Part shown: positions 49,599 to 57,811 of the stretch, in pieces
Position numbering within the stretch: the first letter of the stretch is position 1
Layout of the letters: each line of letters opens with the position of its first letter
Source of the DNA: Candidatus Latescibacterota bacterium
GTDB taxonomy: Bacteria > Latescibacterota > UBA2968 > UBA8231
Direction of reading: 5' to 3'
Length of the DNA: 64,000 nucleotides
Assembly: GCA_965217585.1 (NCBI GenBank)
Contig: OZ244561.1
Span: 3,200,001 to 3,264,000, forward strand
The notes under the pieces: model-generated
What the model was told of the DNA's origin: nothing
What the model saw: only the letters and a program-made list of their open reading frames with translations
Database searches by the model: none
Translations under genes and position numbers: made by a program

Positions 49599-50543
49599 AT
49601 GACCACGAAGAAAGGGCCGGGCCAGTCCTTTCGCAAGGGGCTTTCCCTGCCCGAATTAGTCCGCATGTTCCCCGACGACGCCACGGCGGAGGCGTGGTTT
49701 GCCGATACGAGATGGCCTAATGGCGTCTTGTGTCCGTACTGCCAGTCTGAGCGCGTGCAGTCTGGCAGTACGCATCCGACTATGCCGTATCGTTGCCGCG
49801 ACTGCCGTAAGTTTTTCAGCGTCCGCACGGGCACCGTCATGGCCGATACCAAGCTAGGGTATCAGACTTGGATATTGGCGATCTACTTATTGACAACGAG
49901 CCTCAAGGGCACGTCGTCGATGAAGCTGCACCGCGACCTAGGTGTCACGCAGAAAACCGCATGGCATCTGGCGCACCGTATTCGCGCTATGTGGCAGAAG
50001 GACGTCGAAGCGCTCCTAGCGGGTCCTGTCGAGGCCGACGAGACCTATATAGGCGGCAAGGAGGCCAACAAGCACGAAAGCAAGAAGCTGCACGCCGGGC
50101 GCGGCACCGTAGGCAAGATCCCTGTAACAGGTCTCAAGGATCGAGTCACTAAGGAAGTACGAGCACAAGTAACCCAGCCCGTCAACCGCGCTAACGTCAA
50201 AGGCTTTGTGGAAGAGAATATGACCTTAGAGTCTATGCTGTACACAGACGAAAGCAGCATCTACGAGGGGTTCCCCAACCATGAAGCCGTCCAGCATAGC
50301 GTCGGCGAATACGTGCGCGATCAAGCCCATACCAACGGCATTGAGTCGTTTTGGGCTTTGCTCAAGCGTGGCTATTACGGCACGTACCACAAGATGAGCG
50401 AGAAGCACCTAGCCCGATATATAGGCGAGTTCGCCGGGCGGCATAATGCACGCGCCGTCGATACCATTCAGCAGATGGCGTTGATGGCGCAAGGGATGCT
50501 GGGAAAGCGGGTGCTCTATCGGGAACTCATAGCGGACGCATAG
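49599..50543 (+). CDS. IS1595 family transposase
   Basis: RWPNG..CPYC..YRCRDC zinc ribbon; VEADETYIGG, YTDE, HTNGIESFW. Confidence 0.95.
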   Translation: MTTKKGPGQSFRKGLSLPELVRMFPDDATAEAWFADTRWPNGVLCPYCQSERVQSGSTHPTMPYRCRDCRKFFSVRTGTVMADTKLGYQTWILAIYLLTTSLKGTSSMKLHRDLGVTQKTAWHLAHRIRAMWQKDVEALLAGPVEADETYIGGKEANKHESKKLHAGRGTVGKIPVTGLKDRVTKEVRAQVTQPVNRANVKGFVEENMTLESMLYTDESSIYEGFPNHEAVQHSVGEYVRDQAHTNGIESFWALLKRGYYGTYHKMSEKHLARYIGEFAGRHNARAVDTIQQMALMAQGMLGKRVLYRELIADA

Positions 50544-50545
50544 CG

Positions 50546-50588
50546 AGAAGTGTCCAAGGCTGTTTCAAGTCTTGGACACTTCTTTTTT
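50546..50588 (+). terminator. Intrinsic terminator after the transposase
   Basis: AGAAGTGTCCAAG...CTTGGACACTTCT stem plus T run. Confidence 0.85.
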
Positions 50589-50618
50589 AGCTCGCAAAGG
50601 TAGGGTTCTGATTTTGTC

Positions 50619-50647
50619 TTGATCCTAATCTCAGAACCGGGTATACT
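50619..50647 (+). promoter_or_regulatory. Candidate sigma70 promoter for the cargo
   Basis: TTGATC-N17-TATACT. Confidence 0.6.
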
Positions 50648-50771
50648 GGCATAGACAGCAGCAACTAATAGGCCCCGCTAGCTCTCCGTTAAGAGAATCA
50701 GCGGGGCACCCCTTTGCCTTAGCGTCTGGCAGGACGCGAAAGGGCTTAGCCATAGAAGAAAGGACCTTCTA

Positions 50772-51068
50772 ATGACTAGTAGTACCTCTAAGTATAACCA
50801 ATCCCTGCAAAAAGAACAGTCCCATTTATCAACAGCTCGGCCTCGGCATCCTTATGCCTTCTGTCAATGTGAAGGCGACGAGTGCGTCGAATGTACGCTA
50901 GAAGAAAGAGAGCAAATAGGCCGAGGTATTGTAGAGTTGGCTGCTTTGAATAAACAGATCCATGCCTATCGCCAATGCTCTCACATCAGGCTTGACAGTA
51001 TACCTGATGTATTTAGCTTGTTCTCCCGTCAACATCCAGACAGGCCCGCTTGTCGGGGGGCTTGCTGA
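50772..51068 (+). CDS. Small Cys-rich hypothetical protein (IS cargo)
   Basis: RBS AAAGGA; CQCEGDECVEC motif. Confidence 0.5.
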   Translation: MTSSTSKYNQSLQKEQSHLSTARPRHPYAFCQCEGDECVECTLEEREQIGRGIVELAALNKQIHAYRQCSHIRLDSIPDVFSLFSRQHPDRPACRGAC

Positions 51069-51527
51069 ATACAACAGCCAGTAAACGGGCTGGGGTCGCT
51101 CCCCGGCCTAGGTGAATAGGCAAGGACCGTCCCGCAATATACCTGTGTGGATGTTGACAACCGCCCGGCTCCCTCGGCGGGAGGGAGCCAAAACAGTCAA
51201 CGCCTCACAAGGAGACAGCGGGATGGAAAACGCCGAAGAAAAAGGGCTAATCGAGAAGGGCAAAGAGACATCGGAAGAAGCACTGAGCGATGTTCTGGGA
51301 TGGGCACTAGATAAATCCGCGATGGAGCTTGGCCCTATTGATAGTGCCCAAGAAATAGCCGAAGACTTTATCGGTAAGCATAATACAACATATGAAGATG
51401 CCGAGGAGCTCATTAATTGGCAAATAGCAAAATCAGGGGGCATAGGCTTCTTGACTGGCTTACTCGGGCCTATATCCGCTATTGCCGGTATCCCAGCAAG
51501 CCTAGCGGCTGTGACCTTTGTTCAGTT

Positions 51528-52829
51528 AGTTGAATTCGACAGGTAGGTGTATTACGCGGCCTTTCTGTAGGTTCGTTTTTGGTTATGTTCAATCTGTTGT
51601 CGAGCACTCTGCCAAGCAAAATTTCGCTTGAGGGTAAACGCACTCCACGGTCCTTGGTGGGGAATCTCCCGATGCCGAAGATGGATCAAAACCAAGTAGG
51701 CCATAACAGACAACGCGACGGAGCGTTCGACTCGTTGGGTCTGCTTGGTCACCTGGGCTTGTCCTAATCCGGTGGCCCCTTTCAATTCTTTGATGAGCAG
51801 TTCTACGTGCCAGCGGCGGGTATACAGCACGACGAGTTGGCCTGCGGTCACGTCCGGTAGATTGGTCACCAGGATTTTGGTTTGTTTCGGCGAATCGTTG
51901 CGCCGTTTCTTGCTCAAGACCAACGTGACATCTCCGATGTGTCGCAGGCGTTTACGACCGCGGTAGACCCAATAGACCCGCCGACGGGAGCCGTGCGGAC
52001 GAAACCAGATTTTTCGATAACAGGTGTAGCGCGTGTGATTGACCCAATCTTTGAGCGTATGGCCGTCTTCAAACTTCCAGGTGCGGGGCAAACTCATGAC
52101 GAAAAAGAAGCCCCGTTGCTGGATCAAGTGCAGCGTTTCTTTAGCGGGAAACCCGGCATCGGCGACCACGATCACTTGCTGGGCCCAAGCCGGTGGCACC
52201 AAAGCGGCCAGCATCTGACGAAACAACACATTGGGTTTCTGATAGGCCGGGTCTTCTTTACGCCGAACCAACTCGAAATCGATAGGGATTCGATAATTGC
52301 CCCACTGCAGCATGACCAGGATCACTTCAAACCCCCACAGAAAGGGACTATAGCCATCGGCGCGGGCTTTGCGCACCAACGGATGTTTCTTGGCCACCTT
52401 GGCTTTGTAGGTCCCGTCGACGATCACTAACACCCGACCGTCTTCCGCCGGTGGCAGCCCGGCGATCACCGCATCGACCAAGTACCCCAACAGCAACCGC
52501 CAACTCCAGTAGGTCGCATACAGCAACCGACGTAAGTGCCATTCCGCTATATGGTTAGGACCCAGGCGGGCTAAACCACACAGCGTCGCTTTATCTTGAT
52601 AGATTAACAACAGCGTCATACTCCAACAGAACACCAGATGATGGCGATGACGAAAAAAATGTTGAGTCCCACGCAAAAAATAACGAAGGTTGACCGGCAA
52701 GCGAGTTAGTTGCAGCATCGGAGTTTCCCTGGGGTAGATGATCCATGGCGGTGAATCAAGCTATCCCAAAATAGGGAGACTCCGATGCCTGTTCGAGCCT
52801 AAATATCAACCTACCTGTCGAATTCAACT
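51528..52829 (-). mobile_element. Nested DDE insertion sequence (IS701/IS4-like)
   Basis: 21-bp TIR AGTTGAATTCGACAGGTAGGT with CAGTT duplication (or 20-bp TIR with TCAGTTA duplication). Confidence 0.92.
51552..52718 (-). CDS. DDE transposase
   Basis: IVDGT, VADAGF, YTRRWHVELLIKELK (YREK motif). Confidence 0.92.
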   Translation of the reverse strand: MLQLTRLPVNLRYFLRGTQHFFRHRHHLVFCWSMTLLLIYQDKATLCGLARLGPNHIAEWHLRRLLYATYWSWRLLLGYLVDAVIAGLPPAEDGRVLVIVDGTYKAKVAKKHPLVRKARADGYSPFLWGFEVILVMLQWGNYRIPIDFELVRRKEDPAYQKPNVLFRQMLAALVPPAWAQQVIVVADAGFPAKETLHLIQQRGFFFVMSLPRTWKFEDGHTLKDWVNHTRYTCYRKIWFRPHGSRRRVYWVYRGRKRLRHIGDVTLVLSKKRRNDSPKQTKILVTNLPDVTAGQLVVLYTRRWHVELLIKELKGATGLGQAQVTKQTQRVERSVALSVMAYLVLIHLRHREIPHQGPWSAFTLKRNFAWQSARQQIEHNQKRTYRKAA

Positions 52830-53331
52830 CAGTTACGTATGATTGCCGCTATCGCCCACATGGGGGGCTACAACATTAATGACGACCGTGTTAAAGCTCT
52901 ATGTCTCGCCTGTCTCTGTGGCAATGCTGCCAATAAGATCGTCAAGGAAGCAGGCGTAGAGGCCGGTAAAAGACTGCTTGTAGCTGTTGCTATGAAATTT
53001 CCCGGCAAGGCCGTCGATAAAGTCTGTAGAGCCGTTGCCGCCAAACTACTTGTTGGAGCTGGCGTAAAAACGGGAACGCAACTAAGCAAGTTTATACCCA
53101 TATTCGGAGGACTCGTCAATGGTGCGGTAGATGCCGCCTTCACCAAAGTCGTCGGCGTCGCTGCCGCTAAAGTCTTCATAGGTGAAAACGATAGCAAAGT
53201 CGCTAAAAGATCAAAAGCCATAAGCATCTAAAAGTGGTTCGGATAAGGCCACGTCGGGCATACTTGACCTAAAGGGCGTCGGGCAGTAGCTTGACGCCCT
53301 TCCCATGCCACCATCTTAAAGGAGACAGACG

Positions 53332-53583
53332 ATGGCCGATCAAGAAAAACCCTATCACATAGCTAGCATGGTTATAAACTGTAGTTTTCGCTCTGCTAGC
53401 GAAGGCCCGAGAAGAGGGCACGTAGCACGCACCACAATTTTTCTATCACGGCAGACGGACGACGACCTTGAGATACCTTTAAATCTTCCAGCCGCTGCCG
53501 CTGCTGCTCTATTGCGCGAATTGTCGCTTGACGAAGACGCTCATTATTCCCAACACCTCTTGCAAGAACTGGGTCCCACATAG
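53332..53583 (+). CDS. Hypothetical protein (IS cargo)
   Basis: RBS AAAGGAG; 83 aa; no recognisable family. Confidence 0.55.
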   Translation: MADQEKPYHIASMVINCSFRSASEGPRRGHVARTTIFLSRQTDDDLEIPLNLPAAAAAALLRELSLDEDAHYSQHLLQELGPT

Positions 53584-53621
53584 TTTCATCAGATTCAGAC
53601 TGTTTTTCTCTTAACGCTACA

Positions 53622-53702
53622 GTCATAACTATTCTCCTTTTTGAATAGTCGTGAGGTTTTCTTGCGATGTACGTAACCCGTTGTATTTCAGCGGGTTACT
53701 TC
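53622..53702 (-). repeat. Hairpin+RBS+ATG unit, inner copy
   Basis: 31-bp CGTAACCCGTTGTATTTCAGCGGGTTACTTC (53672-53702) identical to 54107-54137; minus-strand AAGGAG..ATGAC follows. Confidence 0.85.
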
Positions 53703-53772
53703 GATTATAGGCATAGCAGAAAAGGCCATAGAGAAAAAATGGATACTACCGGACTTACCCTAGGACGATAAC

Positions 53773-54006
53773 ATGGCTAATGTCTACGAAAACATAGGCA
53801 AACTCTTTTCGCAGATTATCGGCGTTGTAGAAGTTCTATTCGCGGATGATCCACAGTTCACAAAAAAGTTTGACGAAGATGTCAACGGCCGTCTTGAAGA
53901 ACTTTCCCCGGAACAACTTGATGCCCTAATGGCTCGCTTGGCGTCTGCAAGTGGACAGGAGAGATTTTCTGCGCTACGCAAGACGATAGAAGACCTTTTT
54001 GCCTAG
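53773..54006 (+). CDS. Hypothetical helical protein (IS cargo)
   Basis: AGGA upstream; 77 aa amphipathic sequence. Confidence 0.55.
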   Translation: MANVYENIGKLFSQIIGVVEVLFADDPQFTKKFDEDVNGRLEELSPEQLDALMARLASASGQERFSALRKTIEDLFA

Positions 54007-54056
54007 CACGCTCTTTCTTAAAGGCTTCCCTAACTACGTTACATTGATTTTCCGTC

Positions 54057-54137
54057 GTCATAATTATTCCCCTTTTTTACAGGTTTATGGGTTTTTACCC
54101 ATTTTGCGTAACCCGTTGTATTTCAGCGGGTTACTTC
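54057..54137 (-). repeat. Hairpin+RBS+ATG unit, outer copy adjoining the right TIR
   Basis: Same 31-bp core; minus-strand AAGGGG..ATGAC. Confidence 0.85.
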
Positions 54138-54165
54138 TTTTTGGTTACTCAGGTATATAATTCCC

Positions 54166-54288
54166 TTTGAAAAGCAGCTCTTGTGGGATGCCTATCTAAA
54201 GGCAAACAAGGTCAAAGCCGACGCCGCGAAATTGCTCGGTATCGAACGAACCACTTTCCGCTACAAATTTGAAAAATATGAACTGTAG
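54166..54288 (+). pseudogene. C-terminal Fis-type HTH remnant of an NtrC-like regulator
   Basis: FEKQLLWDAYLKANKVKADAAKLLGIERTTFRYKFEKYEL*, starting exactly at the IS end. Confidence 0.8.
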
Positions 54289-54311
54289 TCTCTCGGCGAG
54301 CGTTCAGGACT

Positions 54312-55205
54312 ATGCTTTTTAGCTGGCGGCGTCTCCTGTTATTTTTCGCCATCTCAATCGGGGCGGTGCCAGCGGCGTTCACGCAGGAACCGACCCTACA
54401 GAACCTGAGAATACAAATCGAACAACTCGCCGAACAGGTCGAAGGCATCTCGGCGGAGAGCAACAAACTGCTGCGCGAAAACGAGCAGTTGACCGATAGG
54501 ATCCGCACGGCCAAACAAGACCTGCAACAAGGCCGCGGCCGACTGCTTGAGCGACAGCTACAGGACGACCTGCAGGCGTCCCGGGAATTATCGGACCGGA
54601 TCCAGGCGCTCGACGACCGGATCTATGCACTTACCGAGGAATCGGTCGGCAAGCAACGTACGCTCGTGGGCATGCTGAACGCCGAAATCGAGCGGCTTTC
54701 TGGGGAAGCCCGCGTCGCCAAAGACGCCAAGTCCAAGGCCCGGATCCTTTCCAAGGTGCTGAAATTTCAGGAGGAAGTAGAAACCTACCGGGAGCAAATG
54801 GCCAGAGAGTCCAGCGAGTTGCTGTTGTCGTTGGATGTCGCCCCGGCGCAAACCGACGGCCCCGATGAGATCCAGCAGAAATTAGCCGTGCTCCAAGACC
54901 AGCAGGATATTATACGGACCAAAATCGGAGAGCTTGACCGGCAGATCCGCGAAACCAGTAAAGCACTCGATTTGCGGCGCAACATGCTGGAGTTGCTCCG
55001 CGACATTCGCCGCGGGGAAGAAGACGAATTCGATCTCGACCGCAACCTCGATATCGCCGAATTGGAAGGCGAGATTGCGGATGCGGAATCGGCGCTGGAA
55101 ATTTGGCGAGCCAAACGGGAGAGCTGGTACGCCAAAGAAAAAATCCACGGTGAGAAAGCGGTACATCTCGCCCGGGAACTCAAGAATATGCTCCAAGGAA
55201 AGTGA
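54312..55205 (+). CDS. Secreted coiled-coil hypothetical protein
   Basis: Signal peptide followed by long heptad repeats. Confidence 0.75.
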   Translation: MLFSWRRLLLFFAISIGAVPAAFTQEPTLQNLRIQIEQLAEQVEGISAESNKLLRENEQLTDRIRTAKQDLQQGRGRLLERQLQDDLQASRELSDRIQALDDRIYALTEESVGKQRTLVGMLNAEIERLSGEARVAKDAKSKARILSKVLKFQEEVETYREQMARESSELLLSLDVAPAQTDGPDEIQQKLAVLQDQQDIIRTKIGELDRQIRETSKALDLRRNMLELLRDIRRGEEDEFDLDRNLDIAELEGEIADAESALEIWRAKRESWYAKEKIHGEKAVHLARELKNMLQGK

Positions 55206-55217
55206 CGGTAGCCCCAC

Positions 55218-56345
55218 GTGTCATTGAGAATTGCAGCTATGATATGGTCGCTCGCACTGAGCGTCCCGTGCCTAGTTCACGCCGATCCATCGTTGCGGAT
55301 CAAGCCCTTTTTTGACCTCCGCTATCAGTACGAAGACAATGTCTTTCAGGTGCCGACAGAACGGGGCGAACAACGGGATTTTGCCGCGTATATATGGGCA
55401 GGGGTCGATGTCAGGGCCATACCTGATCCTCGTACGCGCATCGCCGTACGCTATGAGATGGCCCCGCGTCGCTTCGCCGACGTAACCCGGAAGAATCGCT
55501 ACGATCACCTGCTGTCAGGTCTTTGGCACCGCAGGCTTTCCCGCGATGCCACGCTCCTGACCGTCGCCAACCTCGGCCTGCGGCACCAACCCAATGACCG
55601 CATCCATGAATACTTCAAGCAAGATATCAGCGGTCAACTCCAGATCCGGTGGAACCCGTCGTGGTCGTCCCGGTTCGGGGCTGAATTGCGGAACAAGTAC
55701 TTTCCCAACAGCAAAGGCAGCACATATAGCAGTGTCATGGTCAAAGGCGGGCTCAGACGGCGGCTCAGCGCGATTGCATATGTTTCCGCCGGCTATCAGG
55801 CTCGCGCGTACCGAGGCGTTATCGACCCAAGAATCATCATATCCGACCTCAATGAGTACGTGGGCGGGATCCGCCAGACCGCCAGCTTTGGGTTTGAGGG
55901 CATGGCCTTGGAGCGGGTGTTGCTGAATTTGAAATATCAGTTCGAAATTGATCTAGCCACCCGCGAACTCCCGCGCCACGAACCCTTCTCTCGCGAGCCT
56001 GAACAAGGGGGTGAATTCGGCCATCACAACGGCGACGCGGATGATGTCGATTTCAACTTCGCCAACCACCGTATAGGGTCTTTGTTCATCTGGCGATTCG
56101 CGCCGCGTTCCAGCGCGAGCCTTGCTGCGCGTCGTCATTTCAAGTTATACCAAGATTGGATCGTGTCCGGGACCGGCACCAAACGGCGCGACAACCTCAC
56201 CCTGTTGCGCTTCGGCTTTAAGCAGGACCTCCGCGACAACCTTGCGGCGCGGCTGGAATACGCGTTTGCGACCAACGACTCGAACGACTCCACCCGGAGC
56301 TACGCCGACAACGCCTACTCGATGCAACTGCAATACTCCTTTTAG
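55218..56345 (+). CDS. Outer-membrane beta-barrel protein
   Basis: Signal peptide, YQYEDNVF, alternating beta strands, terminal LQYSF. Confidence 0.78.
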   Translation: MSLRIAAMIWSLALSVPCLVHADPSLRIKPFFDLRYQYEDNVFQVPTERGEQRDFAAYIWAGVDVRAIPDPRTRIAVRYEMAPRRFADVTRKNRYDHLLSGLWHRRLSRDATLLTVANLGLRHQPNDRIHEYFKQDISGQLQIRWNPSWSSRFGAELRNKYFPNSKGSTYSSVMVKGGLRRRLSAIAYVSAGYQARAYRGVIDPRIIISDLNEYVGGIRQTASFGFEGMALERVLLNLKYQFEIDLATRELPRHEPFSREPEQGGEFGHHNGDADDVDFNFANHRIGSLFIWRFAPRSSASLAARRHFKLYQDWIVSGTGTKRRDNLTLLRFGFKQDLRDNLAARLEYAFATNDSNDSTRSYADNAYSMQLQYSF

Positions 56346-56500
56346 TCAACTACCGCCCCTAAAGGAGGCGGCTTGTCCCTAACCTACCCTGCCGCAGCGG
56401 AGGAGGCCGAAACTATAGGCGCGTTGACAAGTGCCTTTGCCCGGATGTTCCGGGCGGCGTTGTAATCAGCGTGAGCTTGATAGCCACACTGCTTACAACG
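56325..56500 (-). ncRNA. Predicted TnpB omega/reRNA plus flank-derived guide (bounds approximate)
   Basis: Inferred from known TnpB architecture: scaffold overlaps the tnpB 3' end and right-end hairpin; guide would read TAAAAGGAGTATTGCAG... Confidence 0.5.
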
Positions 56501-57625
56501 AAACTTGGATTGGGAGGAGCGATTAGCCCGCTCGATATGCCCACATTGGGAGCACATCTGACTGGTATGTTTGGGATCAACCAACATCAATTTTACGCCT
56601 GCTTGTTGGGCTTTATAGGCGATGAACTGTCTGAGTTGATCGAACCCCCATCCAGCGATCCGGGCACGTTGCGGCTTGCGAAACCGTATCCACGAGCGGA
56701 TACCCTTGAGGTCTTCAAGAGCGATACCGCTAGCGGTGTCTTTGGCCTTCGCAACGAGTCGCTTGGAGATACAGTGGTTGGTATTGCGCCGAAACCGCGC
56801 TTCGCGGTCTCCTATACGTTTGAGCTTCTTGCGGATGCGCTTACGGCGTCGGTGATTCTTGGCCAAGTCCGCCGCCGACTGAAGAGCTTGCTTGAGCGTT
56901 TGGTTTTTGACACGCACCCGCTCCACGCCTTGGCCCGAATGCTGTTGGCCATCCGAGTCCACAGCAAGGTTCTCGACACCCAAGTCCACGCCGAGAAAAT
57001 CATCAGGATCACACGGCGGTTCCGTGTCGAACTCGACCGTTGCCATCAAAAACCACTGGCCGTCTTTGCGACGCACCAGTTCGGCAAACAGCTTGACGTT
57101 GCCAAATTGCTCCGCTTGGTAGTCGCCCATCACCATCGGGATGTTATGGCGTTGCCCATCCGCTGTCTTGATGTTGAGCCTCTCCAAGCCCTTGTAACGG
57201 AACGCTCCTTTGCGGTAAGGAATCGCCGCCAACGGACGAAACAATACCCGTTTGCTCTTGTCGCGCTTGTAGTTAGCCGCTACCTGAGCAAACGTCAGGA
57301 TAGCAATATCGGCAGGAAGGTCAAACTTCTCGCGGACTTCGTAGTAGTACAACTTGTGCAACGCATAACTGTTGGCCAACTGGCGCTCAAATGCACGCTC
57401 AGCAACCCAATTACACGCAGCATTAAAGCGGCGCATCGTCTGTTCCAACGCACCGGCTTGTTCAGCCGTAGGAAGGAGTTTGACCTGAATTATTCGCTTC
57501 ATAATAGAAGCTATGGCTATAAGGCAGGACCGTGTCAAGCTATATCGTCCTTCACTCAGGGAACCTGCGGCCCCGTCGCTCAGGTCGCTCCCTTTGTCTC
57601 GTCTAAAGGCAGGTGAAGCCCCTGT
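56345..57625 (-). mobile_element. Non-autonomous IS200/IS605 (IS1341-like) element, tnpB only; left end approximate
   Basis: Right end AAGCCGCCTCCTTTAGGGGCGGTAGTTGAC on the minus strand; degenerate CTAAAGGC hairpin near 57590-57620; no tnpA. Confidence 0.8.
56384..57502 (-). CDS. tnpB: RNA-guided endonuclease TnpB
   Basis: RuvC residues in GVDLG, ALEDL and ADYNAARN; CSQC/CKQC zinc finger; start MKRIIQVKL. Confidence 0.95.
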   Translation of the reverse strand: MKRIIQVKLLPTAEQAGALEQTMRRFNAACNWVAERAFERQLANSYALHKLYYYEVREKFDLPADIAILTFAQVAANYKRDKSKRVLFRPLAAIPYRKGAFRYKGLERLNIKTADGQRHNIPMVMGDYQAEQFGNVKLFAELVRRKDGQWFLMATVEFDTEPPCDPDDFLGVDLGVENLAVDSDGQQHSGQGVERVRVKNQTLKQALQSAADLAKNHRRRKRIRKKLKRIGDREARFRRNTNHCISKRLVAKAKDTASGIALEDLKGIRSWIRFRKPQRARIAGWGFDQLRQFIAYKAQQAGVKLMLVDPKHTSQMCSQCGHIERANRSSQSKFRCKQCGYQAHADYNAARNIRAKALVNAPIVSASSAAAG

Positions 57626-57811
57626 CGCCTCGCTTTCCGTCGTCCGCATGGGCGACGCAAGACGACAGTCCCCAAGAGAGAACTTCTATGGCCTAACCGC
57701 GCTGCCCAACCTTGCTGCTACCAACGCCCGGCGATATAATGTATCCCCCTTGCGGCAAATTGCCCCTACGTAGTGCAAAACACCCGATGTAGATTTGAGA
57801 AGGCTTTAGAC

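Larger units (their letters stand above)
51223..53231 (+). pseudogene. EcsC family protein split by an IS
   Basis: Removing the IS and one target duplication restores in-frame ...AVTFVQLRMIAAIAHMGGY...KFIPIFGGLVNGAVD. Confidence 0.88.
49486..54165 (+). mobile_element. IS1595-family transposon with passenger genes (4680 bp)
   Basis: Perfect 27-bp terminal inverted repeats GGGAATTATATACCTGAGTAACCAAAA at 49486-49512 and 54139-54165. Confidence 0.9.

Noticed and set aside
49550-49852. Minus-strand ORFs within the IS1595 left end, and extension of the 48791 ORF to 49549
   Set aside because: They read through the terminal repeat or antisense to the transposase.
56471-57616. 381-aa plus-strand ORF
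   Set aside because: Antisense shadow of tnpB with no recognisable motifs; the same applies to most alternative-frame ORFs in this GC-rich window.
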